NCBI GenBank assembly: GCA_964403735.1
Contig: CAYOHN010000001.1
Location: 1 to 42,817, forward strand
Reading direction: 5' to 3'
Length of the DNA stretch: 42,817 nucleotides
Source: an uncultured Spirochaetales bacterium
GTDB lineage: Bacteria > Myxococcota_A > UBA9160 > PR03
The notes beneath the pieces were generated by a model. The model saw only the letters and a program-made list of their open reading frames with translations, had not been told where the DNA came from and ran no database searches. A program made the position numbers and the translations under genes. Below, piece after piece: positions 1-12,408 of the stretch. Within the stretch, counting starts at the first letter, position 1. Each line of letters starts with the position of its first letter.

Positions 1-525
1 CAGATCCACGCGCGCGAGCATGGCCAGGTCGAGCTGCCAGTGGCCCGGCCGCGTCGCGACGAGCGCAGGATCCACGGCGCCGGCAAAGCGGCGCTCGAGC
101 GCCTCCGCGACCGGCGCATCGACTTCGTAGCATTCGCTGCCGACGCGCGGGCCGATCACTGCCGCAGCGCCGCTGACTCCGCCCGGCGTCAGCGTCGCCA
201 AGGCGGACAGCGCCTCGCCGATGACGCCGGCGGCGAGTCCGCGCCAACCGGCGTGCACCGCGGCCACGCACCCGTCCGGCGTGACGAGAAGCAACGGAAG
301 GCAATCTGCGGTGACGATGCCGATCGGCAGCGCGGGATGCTCCGACACGACGGCATCCGCATCGCCGAGCGCCGCCGGCACCGGCGTCGCGCGTGCCAAC
401 ACGACGACGCGCGTACCGTGCACTTGCCGCGGGCGCGCCAGGCCCGGCGGCGGCGAACACGCGCGCGTGCCGAAGCCATGCGCAACGCGCGCGTCAGCGA
501 GCAGCGGATGCGTGATCCAGCTCAC
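1..525 (-). CDS. pgeF: PgeF/YfiH-family (DUF152) protein; C-terminus runs off the left window edge
   Basis: Absent from the ORF track because it is open at position 1. My minus-strand translation from GTG 525-523 reads VSWITHPLLADARVAHGFGTR..HGTRVVVL..ADAVVSEHPALPIGIVTADCLPLLLVTPDGCVAAVHAGWRGLAAG. These match the HGFxTR, TADCxP and HAGWRG family motifs. The GTG overlaps the rluD stop (GTGA). Confidence 0.8.
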   Translation of the reverse strand, partial: MSWITHPLLADARVAHGFGTRACSPPPGLARPRQVHGTRVVVLARATPVPAALGDADAVVSEHPALPIGIVTADCLPLLLVTPDGCVAAVHAGWRGLAAGVIGEALSALATLTPGGVSGAAAVIGPRVGSECYEVDAPVAEALERRFAGAVDPALVATRPGHWQLDLAMLARVDL

Positions 526-1478
526 GATGCCGAGGCCTCGCGCCGGACGAGTCTCGAGAGTGCCGCGGCGAAGTCTGCCGGCGGCGGCGCTTCGAAACGC
601 AAGCGCTCGTCGTCCCGCCCAGCGCGCGGATGGCGAAACCCGAGCACCTGTGCGTGCAGCGCCGGCCGCGTCAGTCCGAGCGACGGGAGCCCCGCCGCCG
701 CTCGGCCGCGCGCGCGTCCATACACCGGATCCCCGACGATCGGCAGGCCGATCGACGCCAGATGGACGCGCAGCTGATGCGTTCGGCCGGTCGCCGGTCG
801 CAGCGTGATCGACGAAACGCCGCTGGCCGGGAAGCGGCGCTCGACGGTCCAGTCCGTCACGGCCTCGCGACCACCGGCGGTGCGAATCGCCATCCGCTTG
901 CGATCTCTCGGATGGCGGCCGATCGCGCGCTCGATGCGTCCGCCGGCAGCGCTCGGCGTCCCGCGCACCAGCGCCCCATAGATCCGCTCGATCGTGTGGT
1001 CCCGGAATTGCTCGGCCAACGCCACGTGCGCGGCGTCGTGCTTGGCGGCGACCAGCACGCCGGAGGTGCCCTGATCGAGTCGGTGCACGATGCCCGGCCG
1101 CAACACGCCGCCGATGCCGGCGAGGTCGCGGCAGTGGTGCAACAGCGCGTTCACGAGCGTTCCGCTCGGATGACCCGGCGCCGGGTGCACGACCAACCCC
1201 GCCGGCTTGTCGATGACGATCAGGTCCTCGTCCTCGTAGAGAATCACCAGGTCCATCGCCTCCGGCTCGAGGCGGGCCGCCACCGGCTGCGGAGGGTCGG
1301 CTTCGAGCGTGGCGCCCTCGTGCAGCCGCTGCGATGCGCGGGTGGGCGCCCCATCGACTCGCACGCGACCGGCGTCGATCCAGCGCTGCGCCTGTGCGCG
1401 GGGAACCGCTGCCAGCTCGGCGAGCGCGACGTCGAGACGGCGGCCCGCGTCGGCCTCCGACACGACGAAGCGAAGCAC
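522..1478 (-). CDS. rluD: 23S rRNA pseudouridine synthase, RluD/RluA family
   Basis: C-terminal part of minus ORF 522..2183. It has an S4-like N-terminus (RLDVALAEL..RWIDAGRVRVDG), then LIVIDKPAGLVVHP, HRLDQGTSGVLVAAK and TGRTHQLRVH. Start set at GTG 1478, the first start after the upstream stop at 1504. GTG 1556 is an alternative. Confidence 0.9.
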   Translation of the reverse strand: MLRFVVSEADAGRRLDVALAELAAVPRAQAQRWIDAGRVRVDGAPTRASQRLHEGATLEADPPQPVAARLEPEAMDLVILYEDEDLIVIDKPAGLVVHPAPGHPSGTLVNALLHHCRDLAGIGGVLRPGIVHRLDQGTSGVLVAAKHDAAHVALAEQFRDHTIERIYGALVRGTPSAAGGRIERAIGRHPRDRKRMAIRTAGGREAVTDWTVERRFPASGVSSITLRPATGRTHQLRVHLASIGLPIVGDPVYGRARGRAAAGLPSLGLTRPALHAQVLGFRHPRAGRDDERLRFEAPPPADFAAALSRLVRREASAS

Positions 1479-1503
1479 GGCCGGTTCGTCGCTCGCGCCC
1501 GGC

Positions 1504-2289
1504 TCAGCGACGGCCGAGGGCGCGGCCGCGGGTCTGCTGACCTCGATGCTCCTCACAGCGCAGAACGTAGCTCGGCGCCACGCGCGCCGGATCGAGACCC
1601 AGCAAGCGCGCGTATGCAACGACGAATCCGCGCACGTAGACGACCGCAGGCAGGTCGTCGAAGCGCTCGTCCTCGAGGAAACGCAGGTAGGTCGGATTGA
1701 CCTTCGTGACGCCCGCGACGTCGTCGATCTCGAGCCCGCGCGCCAATCGAGCGCGGCGCAGTCGCGGGCCGTCCCATGCGGAATCCACATCGCTCTCTTC
1801 GAACGACTCGAGCTCCCGCGGCACCACCCGGTCCGGCATCGGCGGCGCTTCGACGGCCAGCGGTCGGTCCTGCTGCTCCTGCCGGCCCCACCCGGCATCG
1901 GTCGCGAACGACGGCAGCGAGTTGGGCGCCTCGGGAAGCGGCGCCGGCTCGCCGTCGAACGCCGCGCGCTCACCGAACTCGCCGGACTCGCCGGACGTGC
2001 TGGCAAGTCCCGCAAAGGGATCCGCATCCTCGACGTCGTCCACGGCACCATCCAGTGTAGCGTCGTAGGCGCGGCGCAGGTCGGGATCCGAGAGCACCCG
2101 CCAGGCTTCCTCGATGCGCTCGCGCCAGAGCTTGGCCTCGTCGGGAGACAACACGGAGTAGGCAGCGAGCGCCTGCCCGTCATAGGCTGCGCGCACCAGC
2201 ATGAACGCGCGCTCGATGTCGTCGCGGCGCGCGTCCCGCGCCACCTCGAGGACCTCGTAATGATCCACTTCGTCGATCGTCTTCATCAT
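1504..2289 (-). CDS. J-like domain (no HPD) fused to a RodZ-type helix-turn-helix; no TM segment
   Basis: The N-terminus DHYEVLEVARDARRDDIERAF..EAWRVLSDPDLRRAYD resembles a DnaJ J-domain, but no HPD tripeptide is present. The C-terminus LARGLEIDDVAGVTKVNPTYLRFLEDERFDDLPAVVYVRGFVVAYARLLGLD resembles the RodZ/HTH_25 domain. Confidence 0.75.
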   Translation of the reverse strand: MMKTIDEVDHYEVLEVARDARRDDIERAFMLVRAAYDGQALAAYSVLSPDEAKLWRERIEEAWRVLSDPDLRRAYDATLDGAVDDVEDADPFAGLASTSGESGEFGERAAFDGEPAPLPEAPNSLPSFATDAGWGRQEQQDRPLAVEAPPMPDRVVPRELESFEESDVDSAWDGPRLRRARLARGLEIDDVAGVTKVNPTYLRFLEDERFDDLPAVVYVRGFVVAYARLLGLDPARVAPSYVLRCEEHRGQQTRGRALGRR

Positions 2290-2304
2290 GGCGAAGTCCC
2301 GAGT

Positions 2305-3360
2305 CTACAGCGGCGGGCGCGGTGCGGCGGCGGAAGCAGCTGGACGGTTCGACGAGCGCGCTCGCGCAGCGCTCTGCTGGCTCCGTGCGCGATCGTCGAT
2401 CAGCTTGCGAGCGATCCGGTTCAGGTAGACCGCGGCGTCCGCCTGCGGATGACTCTGCACGACCGGTTGGCGGGTGCGAATCGCCTCGCTCACCGCGTCG
2501 TCGTGATTGACGTAGCCGAGGTACTCGGCCTCGAGCCCGAAGTACTTGCGGCAGACGCTGCGCACCGCGAAGCCGAGTCGCACGTCCTCGGCGCTGCGCA
2601 CGCCATTGATGACGAGCCGGGGCCGGAACCCCTGCACCGCAGCCACGAGACGTTGGCCCTCGGCGGGCGAGATCCGGCGCACCTCCCGCAGCAGATTGTG
2701 CGGCGTGCGGATCCCGCGCTCGTTGCCCTGGTCCATCGCCTGCGTCACCAGCTTCCGCGTCGCCTCGTCGGTCATCGCGAGCCGCAGCCGGCGGTAGAAG
2801 GCCGCGCGCAGGAACGAGTACGCGTTCTCCACCGACGTCGGCTCGGGCGTCAGCACGAGGATCCCATCGTCGCTGACGAGGAAGTAGTCGAGCACGGACG
2901 GATGGGTGCCCGCCCCGAGATCCACGAGCACCCAGTCGGCCGCGAGCCTGCGCAGCTTGCCGAGCAGCTCGACGCGGCGGAAGTGGCGCGGATGCGCGAC
3001 GCCGAGGTGACTCTGGGTGCCGGCGATCAGGCGCAGCCCCGGAACCGGCGTGTCGATCACGAGGCGTTCGAGATCGAGCTCTCGACGCGCGACGAACTCC
3101 GCCAGGCTGACACGGGGCATCGACACGCCCACGGCGGTGTGCAGGTTCGCGCCCTCGAGGTCCGTATCGACGGCGATCACCCGCTGGCCGGCGCGCGCCA
3201 TCGCCGCCGCCACGTTGGCGGCCAGCATCGTCTTGCCGACGCCGCCCTTGCCGCCGCCGACGGCGATCAGTCGCGGACCCAGGACACGCGGCGCGCCCGA
3301 TCGATCCGCAGCGCGATCGTCGGCCGGGGGCGAGCCCTGTCCGTACGGCGTGCGATTCAT
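2305..3360 (-). CDS. MinD/ParA/FlhG-family deviant Walker-A ATPase
   Basis: VGGGKGGVGKT deviant Walker A, VIAVDTDLEGANL, and WVLVDLGAG (Walker B region). ATG 3360 (MNRTPYG..) lies 4 nt after the upstream stop. The longer listed ORF start (3486) overlaps the HNH gene. Confidence 0.85.
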   Translation of the reverse strand: MNRTPYGQGSPPADDRAADRSGAPRVLGPRLIAVGGGKGGVGKTMLAANVAAAMARAGQRVIAVDTDLEGANLHTAVGVSMPRVSLAEFVARRELDLERLVIDTPVPGLRLIAGTQSHLGVAHPRHFRRVELLGKLRRLAADWVLVDLGAGTHPSVLDYFLVSDDGILVLTPEPTSVENAYSFLRAAFYRRLRLAMTDEATRKLVTQAMDQGNERGIRTPHNLLREVRRISPAEGQRLVAAVQGFRPRLVINGVRSAEDVRLGFAVRSVCRKYFGLEAEYLGYVNHDDAVSEAIRTRQPVVQSHPQADAAVYLNRIARKLIDDRARSQQSAARARSSNRPAASAAAPRPPL

Positions 3361-3364
3361 CGAC

Positions 3365-4087
3365 TCATCCGCGAGATCCGTCCATACCGCGCGCCGCGTC
3401 CGCCGTGCGAGCGCCATCGGCGGTCCGGGGGGCATCCAGGGTCCGAGACGCAGCCATCGCCCGGGGGCCGTCGGTCCGGGAGCCATCCATGATCCGGAGA
3501 TACACCCGCCACTCGTCGAAGCGAGCCGCCGGCAGCGACGACAGCGGGGTCCAGCGCGGGCGCATCGGCGGACGGCGCAAGCGCAAGCCTGCCTGCTCCG
3601 GCGTGCGCCCTCCCTTCGAGCGATTGCACTCGACGCAGCTGGCCACGACGTTCTCCCACGTGCTGCGGCCGCCGTGCGCGCGCGGCACCACGTGATCCAG
3701 ATTCATCTCCGCGCGCGCCGGCCGCTCGCCACAGTACTGACAGGTGTGCGCGTCCCGCACCATCACGTTCGAGCGGCTGAACCGGACATGGCGACGCGGC
3801 ATCCGGTCGAACACCGTGAGCAGCACGACGCGCGGCAGCCGGACCGGCCCGCGGCTCGTCCCGACTCCATCGTGACCGTTCACCACGGGCTGCAAGATCC
3901 ACTCCTCGAATCCGAAGGTGCGGTGTTCGGCGTCGACGACCCGAGCGAGTCCCTGGTACACCAGCGAAAACGCTCTCTTCGCCGAGGTCACATGGATCGG
4001 CAGATACGAACGATTGAGAACGAGTACGGGCGAGTTCAGCATCTCGACTCGAGGCGCTGGCACGGTATCCCAGGCCTTGCTTTCCAT
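3365..4087 (-). CDS. HNH endonuclease-family protein with a low-complexity C-terminal tail
   Basis: CQYCG..LDHVVPRAHGGRSTWENVVASCVECNRSKG shows the CxxC..H-N-H..CxxC signature. Start is ATG 4087 (MESKAWD), 13 nt after the selA stop. Confidence 0.8.
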   Translation of the reverse strand: MESKAWDTVPAPRVEMLNSPVLVLNRSYLPIHVTSAKRAFSLVYQGLARVVDAEHRTFGFEEWILQPVVNGHDGVGTSRGPVRLPRVVLLTVFDRMPRRHVRFSRSNVMVRDAHTCQYCGERPARAEMNLDHVVPRAHGGRSTWENVVASCVECNRSKGGRTPEQAGLRLRRPPMRPRWTPLSSLPAARFDEWRVYLRIMDGSRTDGPRAMAASRTLDAPRTADGARTADAARGMDGSRG

Positions 4088-4113
4088 CAATCGGAAGCCA
4101 TCAATCGGAAGCC
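4084..4113. repeat. Perfect 14-bp tandem duplication (2.1 copies) at the selA stop / HNH start junction
   Basis: catcaatcggaagc occurs at 4085-4098 and again at 4099-4112. On the minus strand the first copy carries the selA TGA and the second carries the HNH ATG. Confidence 0.95.
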
Positions 4114-5570
4114 TCCGCGATCTCCGCGGGAGCGGGGCCGGCGGCATCCTTCAACGCGGCCCCGAGCGCCGCGACCACGGCGTCGAGATCTTCGTCGAGC
4201 AGGGTTCGGGCGTCTAGGAGCACGGCGCCCCCGGCCACGCGCGCGATCACCGGCGCGATCGCCGCGCTCGCCGCGCTCACCAGGCTCGGCGCCCGACGCA
4301 GCCGCGCGGCCAGCTCGTCGACGCCGAGCGCGTCCGGAACCAACGCCACCGCCCACGATGGCAGCTCGAAGCCCGGCGACGCGCCGCCGCCGAGCGGTAC
4401 GCAGGTCTGCTGCAATTCCGCCCGCAACCGGGTAGAGCGGGCGATCGGCGCGAGCTTCCCGGCCAACCGCTGCGCGCGCTGCGCCACGGCGTCGAGTGGC
4501 TCGCGGAGCTGCTGGAGCACCGGGATCGAGTCGATCTCGCCGGCGAGCAGCGCAGACGCCGTCCAGTCGAGCGCGGCGAGTGTCATCTTGTCGAGACGCA
4601 GGGCCCGCGCCAGCGGGTGGCGGCGCAGCGTCGCGACGAGGTCGGCTCGGCCGACGACGATGCCGGCCTGGGGACCGCCGAACAGTTTGTCGCCCGAGAA
4701 GCACACGAGGTCGGCGCCGAGCCGGATCCGCGCCGGAGCGTAGGTCTCTTCGGGAAGGCCGGAATCGCGCAGATCCGCCAGCGCGGCGCTGCCGAGATCT
4801 TCGAGCAGCGGCAGCCCGTGTTCGCGAGCGATCGCCGCCAGCGCCGGCAACTCCACGTCGGCGGTGAAGCCGCGGACTTCGAAGTTGCTGCGGTGCACCT
4901 TCAGCAGCAGGGCCGTCTCCGGCCCGATCGCGCGCCGGTAGTCCTCGGGATGGGTCCGGTTCGTCGTGCCGACCTCGACGAGCGTGGCGCCGGCGGCGGT
5001 GAGCATGTCCGGCAGCCGAAACGACCCGCCGATCTCGATCAACTCGCCGCGCGAGACGACGACCTCCCGGCCGCCGGCCAGCGCCTGGACCGCCAGCACG
5101 AGCGCTCCGGCGTTGTTGTTGACCGCAAGGGCCGCTTCGGCGCCGGCGAGCAGCGCGAGTTTGCCGGCGACGGCGTCCAGCCGATCGCCACGGCGGCCCG
5201 TCTCCAGATCCAGCTCGAGGCTTCCGTAGCGGGTCGCCGCGAGCGCCGCCGCCGCGGCAGCCGGCGGCGCCAGGAGCGCGCGACCGAGATTGGTATGGAG
5301 CGCGACGCCGGTGGCGTTGACGACGCGCGTCGGGTGGGGGCGCGCCAGCGATCGAGCGCACGACAGTGCCGCAGCGCCGAGGTCCCCCAGCGCCAGGGGC
5401 CGCGCGACCGGGCCGGCCGAAGCGCGCTCTCGGGCCTCCGCCAGCGCCGCGCGGACGCCCGCCGTGATGGCCCACGTGGGAAGCTCCGGAGCCTGCGCCC
5501 GCACGGCCGCCGCCAACCGCTCCACGGAGGGGAGCGCTCGGCGAGGGTCGGACGCAACGGTCGGCGGCAT
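4101..5570 (-). CDS. selA: L-seryl-tRNA(Sec) selenium transferase
   Basis: LPSVERL near the N-terminus, VVNATGVALHTNLGRA, NNNAGALVL, VVSRGELIEIGGSFR, and FSGDKLFGGPQAGIVVG (PLP lysine context). Length 489 aa. Confidence 0.9.
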   Translation of the reverse strand: MPPTVASDPRRALPSVERLAAAVRAQAPELPTWAITAGVRAALAEARERASAGPVARPLALGDLGAAALSCARSLARPHPTRVVNATGVALHTNLGRALLAPPAAAAAALAATRYGSLELDLETGRRGDRLDAVAGKLALLAGAEAALAVNNNAGALVLAVQALAGGREVVVSRGELIEIGGSFRLPDMLTAAGATLVEVGTTNRTHPEDYRRAIGPETALLLKVHRSNFEVRGFTADVELPALAAIAREHGLPLLEDLGSAALADLRDSGLPEETYAPARIRLGADLVCFSGDKLFGGPQAGIVVGRADLVATLRRHPLARALRLDKMTLAALDWTASALLAGEIDSIPVLQQLREPLDAVAQRAQRLAGKLAPIARSTRLRAELQQTCVPLGGGASPGFELPSWAVALVPDALGVDELAARLRRAPSLVSAASAAIAPVIARVAGGAVLLDARTLLDEDLDAVVAALGAALKDAAGPAPAEIAEASD

Positions 5571-6126
5571 CGTTCCCGACCGTACACCGGCGCGCGCCCG
5601 GCGACCATTGTGGCCCCTCGGGGCAAACTGCTTTTACGTGGGCGGAGCGAGCTCCCGGCGGTTGCACTCGGGAATCCGATGGGGGATCGTAGGCCTGATT
5701 TTGCCGACGATTCCGCTGCGCGCAGGATCCGGTCCGTTTGGGTTGACAGGCACCGGGGTGCAACGAGCCCGCAGACCGGATCTCGCTCGAAACGAAAGCC
5801 CGAAACGAAAGCTGACACCGTCGCGGGCAAAGTCAGCTGGGCAACAGCAGCGAACTCGTCGTCGAAAAGAACCGATCCACAGAACGCTACGATAGAAAGC
5901 CGCTACGACGAAGATCGAGGCGGTTCGAGATACCCAGTGCGAGTCGAGCAGCCGGGCGCAACGACGCCCGCCGGGACAACGAAGAAGAGCAACCAACGCC
6001 TGTCCGGAGGCCGCTAGCCGGCCCCCGCACCCCGTTCTGCACCCCATCCGCGCCCCTGAGGCCCCGGGCCGAGGGGGCTGACCGCTCCGACGTTGCCCGC
6101 GCCGGCTCGCCAGCCAGGCCGGGGCG
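5571..6126 (+). promoter_or_regulatory. Long non-coding leader/promoter region upstream of the RNase E/G gene
   Basis: A 556-nt gap with no credible ORF. It is purine/A-rich for this genome. It has the direct repeat cgaaacgaaagc at 5788-5799 and 5801-5812, and a 7-bp stem agctgac/gtcagct at 5810-5816/5832-5838. Confidence 0.4.
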
Positions 6127-8082
<1,956 letters not shown>

Positions 8083-8159
8083 AGCAATCCCAGCCGGGGT
8101 CGTCTCCAGCAAAGCCCGAACAGGACCCAGGACCCAGGACCCGAACAGGAGCGTCGACG

Positions 8160-8471
8160 ATGTACGCGGTAGTCCGCACGGGCGGGAAACAGATCCGGGT
8201 CAGCCCCGGCGAGGCGGTCTGGGTGGAGAAGCTGCCCGGCGAGATCGGCGAGCAGGTGCACCTGGACGAGGTGCTGCTCCTCGGCGGGGACGGCGAACCG
8301 CAGATCGGCGCGCCGCAGGTGCCGGGCGCGCGGGTCGTCGCGACGATCACCGGACACGGTTTGGGCGAGAAGCTCGTCGTCTTCAAGTACAAGCGCCGCA
8401 AGCGCTATCGGCGCAAGCAGGGACATCGACAAAACTACACGCAGATCCGTGTCGAACGGATCGAGGCGTAG
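8160..8471 (+). CDS. rplU: 50S ribosomal protein L21
   Basis: MYAVVRTGGKQIRVSPGE..KYKRRKRYRRKQGHRQ. AGGAG Shine-Dalgarno at 8147-8151. Confidence 0.95.
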   Translation: MYAVVRTGGKQIRVSPGEAVWVEKLPGEIGEQVHLDEVLLLGGDGEPQIGAPQVPGARVVATITGHGLGEKLVVFKYKRRKRYRRKQGHRQNYTQIRVERIEA

Positions 8472-8483
8472 GATCCCCGTTCC

Positions 8484-8741
8484 ATGGCACACAAAAAAGG
8501 ACAGGGAAGCTCGCGAAACGGACGCGACAGCCACGGTCAGCGCCGCGGCGTCAAGCGTTTCGGCGGGCAGCAGGTGAATGCCGGGACGATCCTGGTCCGC
8601 CAGGTCGGCACGCGCATCCACCCGGGTCGCAACGTCGGGATGGGGCGGGACTACACGCTGTTCGCGCTCGTCGACGGGACCGTGCAGTACGGGCCGTCGA
8701 AGGGTCACGTGACGGCACGGGTCGAGCCGAACGCCTCCTAG
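8484..8741 (+). CDS. rpmA: 50S ribosomal protein L27
   Basis: [48 protein letters not shown]. Confidence 0.95.
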   Translation: MAHKKGQGSSRNGRDSHGQRRGVKRFGGQQVNAGTILVRQVGTRIHPGRNVGMGRDYTLFALVDGTVQYGPSKGHVTARVEPNAS

Positions 8742-11097
<2,356 letters not shown>

Positions 11098-11101
<4 letters not shown>

Positions 11102-12408
11102 CCAAACCTCGTGTCCTCGAGATACCGGAGCCATCGGGCATGAGCCACGCCGACCTCGAGCAGCAGATTGCCGACATCGCCACCGCCGCGCGGGCGGCGT
11201 CGCGACAGACCGCGGCGCTGACGCGCGCGCAGAAGGACGCGTGGCTGCTGCTCGCCGCCGAGCGCCTCGAAGCCGCGCGCGATCGCATCCTCGAAGCCAA
11301 CCGCGCCGACATGGCAGAAGCTGAGCGCGCGGGTCTCGAAGCGCCGATGGGGAAGCGCCTCGCGCTCGAGGGCGCGAAGTGGCGCACGATGATCGCGGGC
11401 CTGCGCGACGTCGCCGCGCTGCCGGATCCCGTCGGCGAGAGCACCGGCTCGTGGGTGCGGCCGAACGGCCTGCGCGTCGGTCGCATGCGCATCCCGCTCG
11501 GCGTGATCGCGATGATCTACGAATCGCGCCCGAACGTGACGGTCGATGCCGCGGCGTTGTGCGTGAAGGCCGGTAACGCGGTGATCCTGCGCGGCGGCTC
11601 CGAGGCGATCCGCTCGAACCTCGCGCTCGGCGAGGAGATGCGCGCTGCAGCGCGCGAAGCCGGCCTGCCGGAGGATGCGATCGCGATCATCCCGACGACG
11701 GATCGCGCCGCGATCGACTTCCTGTTGGTCCGCAACCGCGAGATCGACCTGGTCATCCCGCGCGGCGGACCCGGTCTGATCCGCAAGGTCACCGAGACGT
11801 CGACGATCCCGGTCCTCGAGCACGACGCGGGTGTGTGTCACATCTTCCTCGACGCGCGAGCCGATGCCGAGATGGCGACGGCGATCGTCGTCGACTCGAA
11901 GATCCAGCAGATGGCCGTGTGTAACGGACTCGAGACGCTGCTCGTGCACCGCGAGTCGGCGCCCGCGCTGCTGCCGCGCGTGCTCGGCGCGCTGGCCGCC
12001 GAGGGCGTCGAGATCCGCGGCTGTCCGGTGACGCAGGCGCTGTTCCCGAGCGCCAAGCCAGCCACCGAGGAGGACTGGTTCGCCGAGTACCTCGCGCCGA
12101 TCCTCGCGGTGCGCGTCGTCGACGACCTGGACGCCGCCATTGCCCACATCCGCCGTTACGGCTCGAACCACACCGAGGTGATCGTCACCGAGGACTATGC
12201 GTCGTCGCAGGCATTCGTGCGCCGCGTGGATTCCTCGACGGTCGGCGTGAACTGCTCGACCGCGTACGCGGACGGCTACCGGCTGGGCCTCGGCGCCGAG
12301 ATCGGGATCTCCACGTCGAAGCTCCACGCGTACGGACCGATGGGGCTCGAGGGGCTGACCGCGCAGAAGTTCGTGCTGTTCGGCGACGGCCAGTTGCGGC
12401 CCGATTGA
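11098..12408 (+). CDS. proA: Gamma-glutamyl phosphate reductase
   Basis: IYESRPNVTVDAAALCVKAGNAVILRGGSEA, VIPRGGPGLIRKV, NHTEVIVTED. GTG 11098 overlaps the proB stop. ATG 11140 is an alternative start. Confidence 0.9.

Noticed and set aside
5571-6126. Possible tRNA-Sec (selC) or other tRNA next to selA
   Set aside because: I found no CTTCAAA-type anticodon loop, no GGTTCGANTC T-loop with a complementary stem, and no acceptor-stem pairing on either strand.
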